NCBI GenBank assembly: GCA_963809845.1 | Contig: CAWELO010000002.1 | Span: 198,638 to 262,637 of the forward strand | Direction: 5' to 3' | Source of the DNA: an uncultured Verrucomicrobiae bacterium | GTDB taxonomy: Bacteria > Verrucomicrobiota > Verrucomicrobiia > Limisphaerales > UBA8199 | DNA length: 64,000 nt | Translations under genes and position numbers: made by a program | Shown here: piece by piece, positions 38,446-49,262 of the stretch | Numbering within the stretch: the stretch's first letter is position 1 | Layout: every line of letters begins with the position of its first letter | Notes under the pieces: generated by a model | What the model was told of the DNA's origin: nothing | The model's input: the letters and a program-made list of their open reading frames with translations, nothing else | The model's database searches: none

Positions 38446-40113
38446 ATGAGAATTCGCCTGCCCGTGCCGATTACCGCCGCGCCAATTGGACCGGCATCCG
38501 CAAAACCCCTCCACTTCGGCTTTATCCCCCAGCAACTGCGGAAGCATACTCTGCCTGCTCGGCTTTTATTGCTGCTGCTGTGGATGGTACCGATTCTGGT
38601 ACAGGCGCAATTTGAGTACGCCATCAACGCGGACCTCACGGTGACCATTACCGGCTATACAGGCCAGGGCGGGGCGGTTGTCTTACCTGGTACCATTAAC
38701 GGACTTCCAGTCGGTGCCATTGGCCCGTACGCGTTCTATTCAATAGCAGGCCTGACTAACGTTTCGATTCCTGACAGTGTGACCACCATCGGCGATGCGG
38801 CCTTCGCGTCATGTGGCGATCTGACCAGCATAGGCTTGGGCACGGGCGTGACGAACATTGGAAACTCGGCTTTCCGTTCTTGCACCAACCTGACCGGCGT
38901 CATGATTCCGGACGGGGTCAGGAGTATCGCCGATTCGGCCTTCTATACCTGCTACAACCTGAAGAGCATTGCGATTCCTGATTCGGTCACCAATCTCGGC
39001 AGCAGCGTATTTTGGGGGTGCAGCGGTATGACCAACGCCGTTGTTGGCAACGGCTTGCAGGGACTGGGTGACGGAACGTTTATATTTTGCTCCAGCCTTG
39101 TGAGCGTCTGGATCGGGCGAAACGCAAGTGACCTCGGATCCAATGCGTTCGGTGGCTCCGGGATTGAGGCGATAAATGTGGATCCCAACAACCCCTTTTT
39201 CAGTAGCTCTGAAGGGGTCGTTTACGACAAAAATCAGCGGACACTGCTTCAATTCCCATATAACAAATCTGGGAGCTACGCCATTCCCGGCACCGTTACT
39301 AATATTGCCGACTCTGCGTTTTCCTGGGGCCTCCTGGGGGGGGTTATCATCCCGGACACTGTAATCCGGATCGGCAACCTGGCGTTTTCTAATTGCCATA
39401 ATCTGACCAACCTCACGGTTCCAAATTGCAGTGTGGGTTCGAGTGCATTCCAATCATGCATAAGCCTAACCAATGTAGTGATCGCTAATGGCACACTGAA
39501 CATCGAGGCTGGCGAATTTGCTTATTGCTCGGCCTTGGCCACCGTAACTATCCCCGGGAGCGTCACAAACATTGGTCCAAACGCGTTTGTGATGTGTTCG
39601 AGTCTGACCAGCTTGCCGGTCGCCACCGGCGTTGTCTCCATTGGGAGTTCGGCATTCGAATTGTGCCGCGGACTCACCAACGTGACTCTCGGTAGCAGTC
39701 TCTCTTCGGTGGGGAGCCTGGCCTTTGCGGATTGCGCGAGTTTAGGTGGCATTTTTTTCCAGGGCAACGCCCCTGCCGCCGATTCGAGTGCTTTTGCCAA
39801 CGACGACCTTTTGATCGTCTATTACGAACCCACGGCTTCGGGTTGGACTTCTGCTCTCGCGGGACGTCCGGCGCTGCCCATTCATATGGAAATGCTTCTG
39901 AATGATCCAGGATTTGGCGTCAGATCGAATATATTCGGGTTCAACATCACGGGAAGCTACGGACTTACCACGGTCGTGGAGGCGACGACGAATATAACCA
40001 ATCCCAACTGGCAACCGCTTCAAACCAATACCCTCACAGGCATTCCCTGGTATTTCAGCGACCTTCAGTGGACGAATTATCCGTCTCGCGTCTATCGCCT
40101 CCGCTGGCCGTGA
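38446..40113 (+). CDS. BspA-type leucine-rich-repeat (LRR_5) surface protein
   Basis: 555-aa ORF with more than 12 repeats of IPDSVT.IG..AF..C..LT.V. Has a signal/TM segment and the shared C-terminal module ..SRVYRLRWP*. Confidence 0.85.
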   Translation: MRIRLPVPITAAPIGPASAKPLHFGFIPQQLRKHTLPARLLLLLLWMVPILVQAQFEYAINADLTVTITGYTGQGGAVVLPGTINGLPVGAIGPYAFYSIAGLTNVSIPDSVTTIGDAAFASCGDLTSIGLGTGVTNIGNSAFRSCTNLTGVMIPDGVRSIADSAFYTCYNLKSIAIPDSVTNLGSSVFWGCSGMTNAVVGNGLQGLGDGTFIFCSSLVSVWIGRNASDLGSNAFGGSGIEAINVDPNNPFFSSSEGVVYDKNQRTLLQFPYNKSGSYAIPGTVTNIADSAFSWGLLGGVIIPDTVIRIGNLAFSNCHNLTNLTVPNCSVGSSAFQSCISLTNVVIANGTLNIEAGEFAYCSALATVTIPGSVTNIGPNAFVMCSSLTSLPVATGVVSIGSSAFELCRGLTNVTLGSSLSSVGSLAFADCASLGGIFFQGNAPAADSSAFANDDLLIVYYEPTASGWTSALAGRPALPIHMEMLLNDPGFGVRSNIFGFNITGSYGLTTVVEATTNITNPNWQPLQTNTLTGIPWYFSDLQWTNYPSRVYRLRWP

Positions 40114-40232
40114 GATCGGATAGGAGTGGTCCCGCTGCCGGCACGGAACTTTGTCATCACCGGGGTTCCGTCGTTCGAGTGATGGAGCTAAATAACCCTG
40201 CCGAGTCGCCCCGCCTGGGTTACGTTTCTTTC

Positions 40233-41591
40233 ATGCTACGCCCGCACCGCAAGGCACGCGGATGCCTAACCGCCTCACTCGGGTCACGTCTGGCAATTTG
40301 TTTCGCATGCGCAGCACTGACGGCGTCCGGGTCGAACTGGCCAGGGTGGCGCGGACCAGGTGGCAGTGGCCTGGCCGCCGATACGAATCTCCCGCTCCAC
40401 TGGAGCCCCAACGAGAACGTCTGCTGGCACGTGCCCTTGCCTGACCGCGGTAATTCCACGCCAATCATATGGGGAGGGCATCTGTTCGTCACCCAAGCGA
40501 TCAGTACCAACAGCCTTCGCACGGTGATGTGTTTTGATCGGAGCACCGGCAGGCTGCTATGGCGATCCGGTGTCACCTGGACGGAGCCGGAGCCGAGTAG
40601 CGGCGAGAACCCGCCCTGCACCCCTTCGCCGGTGACCGATGGAAGGCGCGTGGTTGCCTGGTTCGGATCGGCTGGCGTGTTTTGTTACGACTTTGCCGGG
40701 CGCGAGTTGTGGCACCGCAACTTGGGCCGGCAGGCACATCAATGGGGCTATGCCTCTTCACCTGTGCTTTACCAGGGCCTCTGCTTCCTCAATTTCGGGC
40801 CGGGAGACCGAAGCTTCGTCATCGCGCTGGACAAGAAAACAGGTCGCACCCTCTGGAAGCTCGATACTCCGGTTATCGGCCCCAATGTAAACCGGCAGGA
40901 ACTCGGCGGGCCGGACGCAAGCGCCGGGGCGGCAGCATCGGTGAAGCTTTCGCAGATCGCCGGCTCGTGGGCAACTCCGCTTATCGTGCCGGCAACCGGG
41001 CATGACGAACTCGTGGTGGCGCTGCCCCTTCAGTTGGTTGCCTTCGCGCCCCGCACGGGTGAGAGACTCTGGCGCTCCGATGGACCAAACATCGGCGCCT
41101 ACAGTTCCCCGTTCCAGGGTGAGGGGTTCGTGGCCTATGCTGGCAGCGGTTTCCGCAACCTCCTCATGGTGGTCCAGCCGGGTGGTCGCGGCGACGTGAC
41201 GAAGACGCATCGATTGTGGCTGAAGCCGCTGGCCAACAGCCAGTCCCATCTTGGCGCCGGGGTGATATTTCACGAGCACATCTATCTCGTGAACACGGCG
41301 GGCATTGCCGAGTGCTTCGAACTGAGGACGGGCAAGACCGTATGGACTGAGCGCCTGACTGGCACGGGTGGATCGGGCGGGGCGTGGGCGTCGCCCGTGC
41401 TGGTGGGGGACCGTCTTTATGTGCCGAATCGGAACGCGGACGTGTTCGTCCTGAAGGCCAATCCTAAGTTCCAACTCCTGGCCGTTAACTCCGTCGGTGG
41501 CGAACCCATGAGCGCCTCGCTCGCCGTCTCGGACCGTGACATCTTCCTGCGCACGGACAAGAGCCTGTGGTGCATTGGCCCACGCAAATAG
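40233..41591 (+). CDS. PQQ-like beta-propeller repeat protein (BamB/YVTN-like)
   Basis: Signal peptide, then NWPGWRGPGGSG and recurrent LW....G...SSP.. propeller blades. Start uncertain (track ORF begins at 40068). Confidence 0.8.
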   Translation: MLRPHRKARGCLTASLGSRLAICFACAALTASGSNWPGWRGPGGSGLAADTNLPLHWSPNENVCWHVPLPDRGNSTPIIWGGHLFVTQAISTNSLRTVMCFDRSTGRLLWRSGVTWTEPEPSSGENPPCTPSPVTDGRRVVAWFGSAGVFCYDFAGRELWHRNLGRQAHQWGYASSPVLYQGLCFLNFGPGDRSFVIALDKKTGRTLWKLDTPVIGPNVNRQELGGPDASAGAAASVKLSQIAGSWATPLIVPATGHDELVVALPLQLVAFAPRTGERLWRSDGPNIGAYSSPFQGEGFVAYAGSGFRNLLMVVQPGGRGDVTKTHRLWLKPLANSQSHLGAGVIFHEHIYLVNTAGIAECFELRTGKTVWTERLTGTGGSGGAWASPVLVGDRLYVPNRNADVFVLKANPKFQLLAVNSVGGEPMSASLAVSDRDIFLRTDKSLWCIGPRK

Positions 41592-41767
41592 TTGACGGCC
41601 ATTTCCTTTCTGTTTGTGTTCTCCGCAGCCGTTTTTGAAGGGGAAGGCAAAAGCGACCGTAGGCAGGAAAGACCAGCTCGGGTCAACACCCGATTTTCAC
41701 GACCAGCCGGTAAATGCGGCTGTAGTAAATAAAGGAGAAATCCCCTGTTTGGACAGGCGAAAAAGGG

Positions 41768-41853
41768 TGGTGGTAGGTGATGGATTCGAACCATCGAAGG
41801 CGTGAGCCAGCAGATTTACAGTCTGCCCCCGTTGGCCACTTGGGTAACCTACC
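41768..41853 (-). tRNA. tRNA-Tyr: tRNA-Tyr (anticodon GTA), class II with long variable arm, CCA encoded
   Basis: Minus strand reads GGTAGGTTACCCAAGTGGCCAACGGGGGCAGACTGTAAATCTGCTGGCTCACGCCTTCGATGGTTCGAATCCATCACCTACCACCA. It has a 7-bp acceptor, anticodon stem GCAGA/TCTGC with loop CTGTAAA, and T-loop GGTTCGAATCC. Confidence 0.95.
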
Positions 41854-42038
41854 ACGAGGTGGTTGAAAATTGACCGGGGCACCGGGTGCCGAAAGGGCGT
41901 TCATCCTCCGGTTCGAACCGGCTCCGCCCGCTCAGGTCATCTTTTCAAAGCGCTATCGCGAGCGCTGAATTTAGCGAAAGACCGACCGATGTCAATGCGG
42001 TCGCGCAGGCCCCAACGCGCGGGGCGGGGATTGAGAAA

Positions 42039-42067
42039 CCACGAAATACGCTAAACACACTGAAACG
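42039..42067. repeat. 28-nt dispersed repeat, copy d1
   Basis: CCACGAAATACGCTAAACACACTGAAACG. Confidence 0.5.
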
Positions 42068-42111
42068 AAGACCCCGAACCGCCCGGGATCACGCGGTAAC
42101 GAGTTAGAGAA

Positions 42112-42175
42112 CCACGAAATACCCTGAACACACGAAAAACGAATCAGCTTTTCGTGTGGTTGGTGTGTTTCGTGG
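42112..42175. repeat. Inverted pair of the 28-nt dispersed repeat (imperfect hairpin)
   Basis: CCACGAAATACCCTGAACACACGAAAA (42112-42138) faces 42148-42175, whose reverse complement is CCACGAAACACACCAACCACACGAAAAG. Lies between tRNA-Tyr and the 3' end of the DHS-like gene. Confidence 0.55.
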
Positions 42176-42267
42176 ACGATCCGCTTCCCCGCCCGCACGG
42201 GCGCCACCGGCCTGGATCCAAGGCCTGCGGCGCCAGGTCGCAATCCTCGCGCTGGCGGCGGGTCCGG

Positions 42268-43482
42268 TTAATCCAGCACCGGATCGCTGCCGTCGATCAT
42301 CTTCACCTTGTTGTGGAGGAAGTATTCCTTCGTCAGGGCTTTCATCATGCGCTGGCGGTGGTCATAGAGGCGCCGGAGTTTGCGCGGCTTGTGCTTGGCC
42401 AGGGCGTAGTGCGGTCAGCAAGGGCATGGCGATGGTCGTGTCGGTGTAGCACACGACGGCGTCGGGCAGCTTGGTGGGATCGACTTTGCCCCAACTGACC
42501 GCTTCGCTCGGCGTGGCGCCGGAGAGGCCGCCGGTATCGGGCCGCGCGTCGGTGACCTGGATGAAGAAGTCCTGGCCGAGTTCCTTGATGCGCAGCACCT
42601 CCTGGATCTGGGGCTCGGTTTGCAGCATGAAATTCTTGGGACTGCCTCCGCCCCAAAGCACCACGCCGCTCCGGCCGCCGCCGCGCTTGGCCGCCAGCAC
42701 GAAGGCGGTGGTCTCGTTCACGTCGATGGAAGGGTTCATCCGGAGCTTGCAGCCGCGCAGTTCGACACCGGCCACGTTCATGCCAATGGTCGAGTCGCCC
42801 GGCGATGAGGTGTAGCAGGGGACACCGGCGCGATACGCCGCCGCCAGCACGGAAACGTCCTTGAGCTTGTTCTTGCGTTCCCACTCGGCGCGAGTAGCGG
42901 CCCAGCAGGTAATGCAGCTCCGCGGTGCCCATTTCCTTTTGAAACTCAGGCTGAAGCAGGATCTCGCGCAGGATCTCGTCCGTGGCCATCAAGCCATCCG
43001 AGTAGGGGATGACCACATCATAAATGCGCACCAGGTCGTTGTCGCGCAGATCCGTGTCGTCGAATTTGAAGCTGCCGGAATGGACGGGGTAATTCAGCGC
43101 GAAATGCATGTCGTGGTAGAGGTTCGCGCCGGTGGAGACGATCCAGTCCACAAAACCCGCCTTGATCAGGGGAATGATGCTCGAGCAGCCCAGCCCGGCG
43201 GGCGTCAGCGCGCCGGAGATGCTCATGCCAATGGTGACGTCGGCGTCCGAGCATCCGGTCCGCGAACAACTGGCAGGCCTCTTTCAGCCGCGCCGAATTG
43301 TAGGCCAAAAAGACCTCATCGATGATGTAGCTGAGCTTTTCCTTCCCGTTCAGATTCCGCGGCATGATCCGCTTGCCCGCCATGTATTGCTTCTTGTGCG
43401 GACATTGCTTTTCCTTCATCCATTCCGGCATTTCGGAGAGGTCTTCTCGCGAACGAACGTGTTTTTTTCCTTTTTTGGCCAT
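42268..43482 (-). pseudogene. Deoxyhypusine synthase family protein (DHS-like), at least 3 frame changes
   Basis: Track fragments 43018..43482, 42345..43226 and 42362..42850, plus a 3' tail ending at 42268, together give a contiguous DHS-like sequence ([55 protein letters not shown]). Confidence 0.8.
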
Positions 43483-43623
43483 AATTCAAAAAAATAATTG
43501 CGGGAAACAATACGCGCGCCGCGTCGAATGCCAATGATTAAATGCAGGACGGCGTCCCGGCGCCGCGCGCCAAGCTTCCCGATGGACATCGAACGGGAAG
43601 GCTTTATCTTGCGCGCGAATTCT

Positions 43624-44722
43624 ATGGCAAACGCAACGAAAAATCAGACAGAAACGCCCTCGGCCCTCGGGTTTTCGATGCCGGCGGAATGGGAGCGGCA
43701 CGAGGCCACCTGGCTGGGCTGGCCGCATAACCCGGCGGATTGGCCGGACAAACTGGATACCATCCGCTGGGTCTATGGCGAAATGGTGCGCAAGATTTCA
43801 CCGGGCGAGCGCGTGCGGCTCCTGGTGGGCAATCGCACCGAGCAGCGCATGGCCTCGCGATTTCTCGAGCTCGCCGGCTGCGACGTGCGCCGGGTCGAGT
43901 TTGTCGTGCACGCCAACCAACCGCGGCTGGATGCGGGATAGCGGGCCCATCTTCGTCAAACGCGAAAAGGCAGGCGGCCGGGGACGGGCCGGAGAAACGG
44001 CCATCGTGCATTTTCATTTCAACGCCTGGGCGAAGTACCGCGATTGGCAAAGGGATCGCCGGGTTCCGGAGACTGCGGCGCGACTGCTCGGGAAGCGCTG
44101 TTCAAAGCAAACTGCCGCGGCGGGATTTTGTCCTCGAAGGGGGCGGCATCGACGTCAACGGACGAGGCACCTTGCTCACGACCGAAGAATGCTATCTCGA
44201 TCCCGAAGTCCAGGTGCGCAACCCCGGCCTCGGCCGCAAGGAAATACGAGGAGACACTCCAACGATATCCTCGGCGTCAGGAACGTGCTCTGGCTGGTGG
44301 CCGGACCGGTCGGCGATGATACGCATGGCCACATCGACGATATTTGCCGGTTCGTGAACCCGCGCACGGTGGTGTTGATCCGGGAAACCAATCGCAAGGA
44401 TGCCAACTATCGGCCTCTGGCCGAGAATTGGGAGCGGATCGAGGATTTGCGGCTGGAAGACGGCTCAAAGCCCGAGGTCGTGCCGTTGCCGATGCCCGCG
44501 CCGCTCCACTTCGACGGTTATCGTTTGCCGGCCAGCTACGCCAATTTCTACATCTCCAACGCGGCCGTCATCGTGCCCACCTTCAACGATCCCAACGACC
44601 GGATCGCCTTGGGCATTCTGGGCGAACTTTTCCCCGACCGCCCGGTCGTAGGCATTCACGCGGTCGATCTGGTGCTGGGCTTCGGCACGCTGCATTGCCT
44701 CACGCAGCAACAGCCGGCTTAG
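43624..44722 (+). pseudogene. aguA: Agmatine deiminase (PAD_porph family), at least 4 frame changes
   Basis: [69 protein letters not shown] and the catalytic end GTLHCLTQQQP* are spread over three frames. Confidence 0.8.
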
Positions 44723-44949
44723 GTTGGGCGGCCGGCAATCGGCGGAACCGAAGCGGCGGCATTATCCCTGGGGATCCGGTGCTGTTGCCCCGCCCGCGGA
44801 GTGGCGGCATGGTGCCGCCGTCGTCACGTCTAATTTAGGCTGGATAACCGCCGCGCCTTCCGGCATGGTGGCGGACGTGCTGAGACAGACGTCAGTTCGC
44901 CTCCCCGCGGCGAGGCAACTCGCTCTCCTGAGTTCAGAAACCGTAGTTT

Positions 44950-46644
44950 ATGAAACAACTAGTGCTTCTCTCTGCTTGCTCCCTCCTGTGCGCCCACGTG
45001 TCAGCGGCAGAACGGTTCGCGGATCGGTTCGTTTTTATCTTCGGCTGGGGACTGAACCAGGACAGCGATGTCACCGAGATCACCCGCGTGCTGGAAACAG
45101 CCGGCCAGCACCATCTCAACGGCGCGGTGATGTCCTTCGGACTGGACACGCTGTGCAAACGATCTCCCGACTATTTTCGCCGGCTGGATCAGATTAAGAA
45201 GGCGTGCGACGATAACCGGCTCGAGTTAATCCCGTCCGTTTTTTCCGCGGGCTACGCCGGCGGCGCGCTGGCCCACAATCGCAACCTGGCCGAGGGGCTT
45301 CCGGTCATCGACGCCCCGATGGTGGTACACGGCGGTGAAGCCCGGCTCGGGGAGAGCCAACCCGTTCAGTTCGTGAATGGCGGGTTTGAAGAATACAGTG
45401 GCAACCACCTCAAGGGTTACAGTTTTCACGATCAACCCGGCGAGATCAGCTTTGTGGATACGGCAACCCGGCACAGTGGCCAGGCCTCGCTACGCCTCGA
45501 GCATTTCACGGCTAACCAATACGGCCACGGGCGCGTGATGCAGGAGGTGAAGGTCCAGCCGCATCGCTGCTACCGCCTGACGCTCTGGGTCAAGACCGAG
45601 GGCCTGCAACCGGCCAATGCCTTTCGCGTGCTGGTTCTGGGCGGAGACCGGGAGTTGGCGCCGCGCGAATTTCACGTGCCGTCCACGACCGACTGGCGGA
45701 AAATCACGATGCTTTTCAACAGCCTCACGTTCGACAAGCTGTCGCTCTACGCGGGGATGTGGGGTGGCGAGGCGGGCAAACTTTGGCTGGACGACTGGAG
45801 CGTCGAGGAGGTCGGCCCCGTGAACGTATTGCACCGGCCTGGCACACCCGTCACCGTGCGCAACGAGGACGGTTCAGTGACCTATGCGGAAGGCAAAGAT
45901 TACGCCACCCTCGAAGATCCCAACCTTCAACTTTGGCGCGATGACAAAGACGCGCTGCCGTTGAAGATCCTGCCCGGCGGCCGGATCCACGAGGGCGACC
46001 ATTTGCGCGTGACCTGGTATCACTCGATGATCCTCAACGATTCGCAGGTGGGCGCCTGCATGGCCGAACCGGAGCTCTACCAGATTTTCGACCATGAAGC
46101 GAAGTTGCTGGCGGAAAAGCTGCAGCCGCGCAGCGTGCTGCTCAACATGGATGAGATCCGCATGGGCGGGACCTGCAAGGCGTGCCAGGGGCGGAACATG
46201 GGTGAGCTGCTCGGCGAATGCATTACCAAGGAGGCGGCCATTCTGCGCACCTACATCCCGAGCGCCGAGATTTATATTTGGTCGGATATGCTCGATCCCA
46301 ATCACAACGCCCATGGGAACTATTACCTGGTCGATGGGGATTACACGGGGTCGTGGGAACACGTGCCCAAGAACCTCATCATGGCGGTCTGGGGTGGCGA
46401 ACCCCAGGAAAAGAGCCTGCGCTTCTTCGCCGATCACGGCTTCCGCACCCTGGTGGCCTGCTATTATGACGCCGATGATTTGAAGGACGTTAAAGGCTGG
46501 TTGGACGCGGCGCAGGGAATCCGCAAAGTGCGCGGGTTCATGTACACACCTTGGCAGAAGAAATATTCGCTGCTGGCGGACTTCGGTGATTTGCTGCACC
46601 AGCCGCGGGTGGCCCCGGCAAGCTCGCCTACCGGGACCAAGTAG
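44950..46644 (+). CDS. Secreted hypothetical protein with CBM4/9-like insert (possible glycoside-hydrolase-like barrel)
   Basis: Signal MKQLVLLSACSLLCAHVSA. The central segment GGFEEYSG..HSGQASLRLEHF resembles a carbohydrate-binding jelly-roll. No confident family assignment. Confidence 0.55.
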   Translation: MKQLVLLSACSLLCAHVSAAERFADRFVFIFGWGLNQDSDVTEITRVLETAGQHHLNGAVMSFGLDTLCKRSPDYFRRLDQIKKACDDNRLELIPSVFSAGYAGGALAHNRNLAEGLPVIDAPMVVHGGEARLGESQPVQFVNGGFEEYSGNHLKGYSFHDQPGEISFVDTATRHSGQASLRLEHFTANQYGHGRVMQEVKVQPHRCYRLTLWVKTEGLQPANAFRVLVLGGDRELAPREFHVPSTTDWRKITMLFNSLTFDKLSLYAGMWGGEAGKLWLDDWSVEEVGPVNVLHRPGTPVTVRNEDGSVTYAEGKDYATLEDPNLQLWRDDKDALPLKILPGGRIHEGDHLRVTWYHSMILNDSQVGACMAEPELYQIFDHEAKLLAEKLQPRSVLLNMDEIRMGGTCKACQGRNMGELLGECITKEAAILRTYIPSAEIYIWSDMLDPNHNAHGNYYLVDGDYTGSWEHVPKNLIMAVWGGEPQEKSLRFFADHGFRTLVACYYDADDLKDVKGWLDAAQGIRKVRGFMYTPWQKKYSLLADFGDLLHQPRVAPASSPTGTK

Positions 46645-46655
46645 CTCGTTTGCGG

Positions 46656-47976
46656 ATGCACCGGCACGAGCCCATTTTGGATTGCGAACGGAAGCGAAGC
46701 GCCACACCGGCCTCGGCGCAGCCCGCACGCGCGCGTCATTGGCAAACCGGCATTTTCGCTGGTCTCGGCCTGCACGGTTCTTTTCGGGAGGGAATTCGCT
46801 TCGGCGTTTCGGTGGCGCTGGTGCTGGTGGCGACACGAACGTTGCCTGCGCAGCCACGCTCCGATCCCAGGCCGGATGCGCCATCCGGCGTGACCTACAC
46901 AAACAGTCGTCGCGCCGACATCCCTTGGTCCATCCACCGGGTCGAGGTGACGCGAACCAACCCTGCCTACGAGTTGCAGTCAGTGCACGCCGGGGGCAAA
47001 GCCATCGGGTTGGACACACTCTCGGACCAGGTCAACGGAGTCAGCCCAGCCCTCGGCGCGCCCGTCGCCGCTATTAACGGCGATTTCTATCAACGCGATA
47101 AAGCCTTCGCCGGTGCTCCCCGGGGCTTGCAGATCATCAACGGCGAACTCATCAGTGCCCCGTCGGGCGGCGCCAGCTTCTGGATTGACGCTGCTTACCA
47201 ACCCCACACCACCAATGTCAGCTCGCTTTTTCGAGTGACTTGGCCCAATGGCGAAACGACCCCCTTCGGCCTGAACGGGGAACGTCCCGCCGCCGGAATC
47301 GAGCTCTACACCCCCGCAGTCGGCGCCTCGACCCATACCACGGGCGGGCGCGAATTGATCCTTGAACCTGCGAACGGCAGCCGCTGGCTGCCGTTGCGGA
47401 TCGGTCTGACCTACTCCGCCCGCGTGCGCGAGGTCCGCTCGAGCGGCGATACACCGCTAGCGCCAGGCGTCGCGGTCTTGTCCATCGGACCCAAGGCCCC
47501 GGGTTCGCTGGCCGGCACCCCAGCCGGCGCCGTGTTGCGAGATCTCCACCGGCTCCTCCCCGGCGCTGCATGGCATCCGCACCGCAATCAGCGGCGGGCC
47601 CGTGTTGCTGCGGGATGGAAGGCGGCAGAAGATCGACGCCGCCCCGGACGAGGCCTACGAGTTCAGCTCGATGGTCGAGCGTCACCCGCGAACGGCGGTC
47701 GGTTGGAATGCGGATCGATTCTTCCTCATCGAGGTGGATGGCCGGCAGAAGCATCTTTCAGTGGGCATGACGCTCGACGAACTGACCACGTATCTTCTGG
47801 AATTGGGCTGCACGGATGCCATGAACCTCGATGGCGGTGGGTCCGCCACGCTCTGGTATGGGGGTGAAGTGAAGAATAGTCCGTGCGACCGCGCCGAGCG
47901 CGAGATTGCGAACGGCCTGGCCGTGCTGAAGCGGCGGGCCGCCCGTGGAACGCCTGATGCTGCGAACCCTCACTGA
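46656..47976 (+). pseudogene. Phosphodiester glycosidase family protein (DUF2233/NAGPA-like), paralogue 1, one frame change
   Basis: INGDFYQRD, HPRTAVGWNADRFFLIEVDGRQ, AMNLDGGGSATLW. Frame change near 47540 joins track ORFs 46650..47867 and 47602..47976. Confidence 0.8.
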
Positions 47977-49262
47977 TGCGCGCGACCTCGAGCACACAGC
48001 CGTCGGGACCTTTCCCTCCTTCGAAAGCAGGTGAGCCTTCCGCCCATCGGCGCTTCACCTTCACCTGGCTCCGCTCTTCTGCACCCCGGTCTTGGGTTGG
48101 GCCAGGTTCAGGTCGGGCGGCGGGCGCGCACCGAACTTTGGCTTTGAGCGGCTGGCTATTGCTGTTGCTCGCGATCGTTCGTGGGCCCGGTCTCGTTTCC
48201 GCCGAATCGCCGAAAGCGGACCATTGGTTCCAATACACGAACGAGGTCATCGATGACATCCCCTGGTCGATCCACATCGTGCGGCTTGAACGCGCGAGTC
48301 AGGATTTCCGGTTCGTTACCACCTCAGGCGGTGGCAAAGTCTTGGGCATGGGCACCGTCTCCGAGCAACTCACGAGTCTTTCCCGCGACCTTGGTCCAGT
48401 GCTCGCGGCCATCAACGGGGATTTCTATGACAAAAGCCAGGCCTACCAGGGCCGGCCCCGCGACCTCCAAATCCGGCAAGGCGAGGTGGTCAGCAGTCCC
48501 GCCGGCCACACGTGCTTCTGGATTGGACCCGACTCTGCGCCGCACATGACGAACGTTTATTCGCGATTCCATGTGGTTTGGCCGGATGGGAAGACGACCC
48601 CAATCGGCTTGAATGAGGCCCGGGCTGACGAGGCCGCGGTGCTTTACACCGCGGTGCTGGGTGCTTCGACCCGAACGCGCGGCGGCCGTGAGCTCGTTCT
48701 CGACACAGCAACCAACGCCCCCCGTTCCGGCTTGCGAATCGGACAAACCACTCCCCTGATTGTTCGCGAGATTCGCGAGTCGGGCGATACGCCCATTACC
48801 ACGCAAAGGATGGTGCTTTCGCTCGGCCCAGAGCTAATACCTCATCTCCCCCAAGTGAACCCAGGCGACATCATCCAGGTGGTGACCGCAACGTCCCCTC
48901 CTTTGTCCGACGTGGACGTCGCCATCGGCGGCGGGCCTTCGCTGGTGCATGACCGAAAGCCCATGCAGTGGAACGGGTTCATCCACCTGCGCCATCCCCG
49001 CACCGCCTTCGGATGGAACAAAGATTACTTCTTTCTCGTCGAGGTGGATGGCCGCCAGAGTAATATCTCCGTGGGGATGACCTTCCCTGAACTGGCGGAT
49101 TACCTGGTGAAATTGGGCTGTGAGGAAGCAATGAATCTCGATGGCGGCGGGTCCGCCACCCTCTGGGCCTTGGGCAGTGTGCGCAACAGCCCTAGCGAGG
49201 GGGACGAGCGACCCAGCGCCAACGCGCTGGTCGTGGTGCGGAAGCCAGCCCCGCCAAAGTAA
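47976..49262 (+). CDS. Phosphodiester glycosidase family protein (DUF2233/NAGPA-like), paralogue 2
   Basis: INGDFYDKS, HPRTAFGWNKDYFFLVEVDGRQ, AMNLDGGGSATLW. The ATG overlaps the upstream stop (TGATG). The true start may be internal. Confidence 0.85.
   Translation: MRATSSTQPSGPFPPSKAGEPSAHRRFTFTWLRSSAPRSWVGPGSGRAAGAHRTLALSGWLLLLLAIVRGPGLVSAESPKADHWFQYTNEVIDDIPWSIHIVRLERASQDFRFVTTSGGGKVLGMGTVSEQLTSLSRDLGPVLAAINGDFYDKSQAYQGRPRDLQIRQGEVVSSPAGHTCFWIGPDSAPHMTNVYSRFHVVWPDGKTTPIGLNEARADEAAVLYTAVLGASTRTRGGRELVLDTATNAPRSGLRIGQTTPLIVREIRESGDTPITTQRMVLSLGPELIPHLPQVNPGDIIQVVTATSPPLSDVDVAIGGGPSLVHDRKPMQWNGFIHLRHPRTAFGWNKDYFFLVEVDGRQSNISVGMTFPELADYLVKLGCEEAMNLDGGGSATLWALGSVRNSPSEGDERPSANALVVVRKPAPPK

Noticed and set aside
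41592-42267. tRNA-Tyr as an integration hotspot or genomic-island boundary.
   Set aside because: No integrase, direct repeat of the tRNA 3' end, or phage/ICE genes flank it. The adjacent sequence holds only copies of the dispersed 28-nt repeat.
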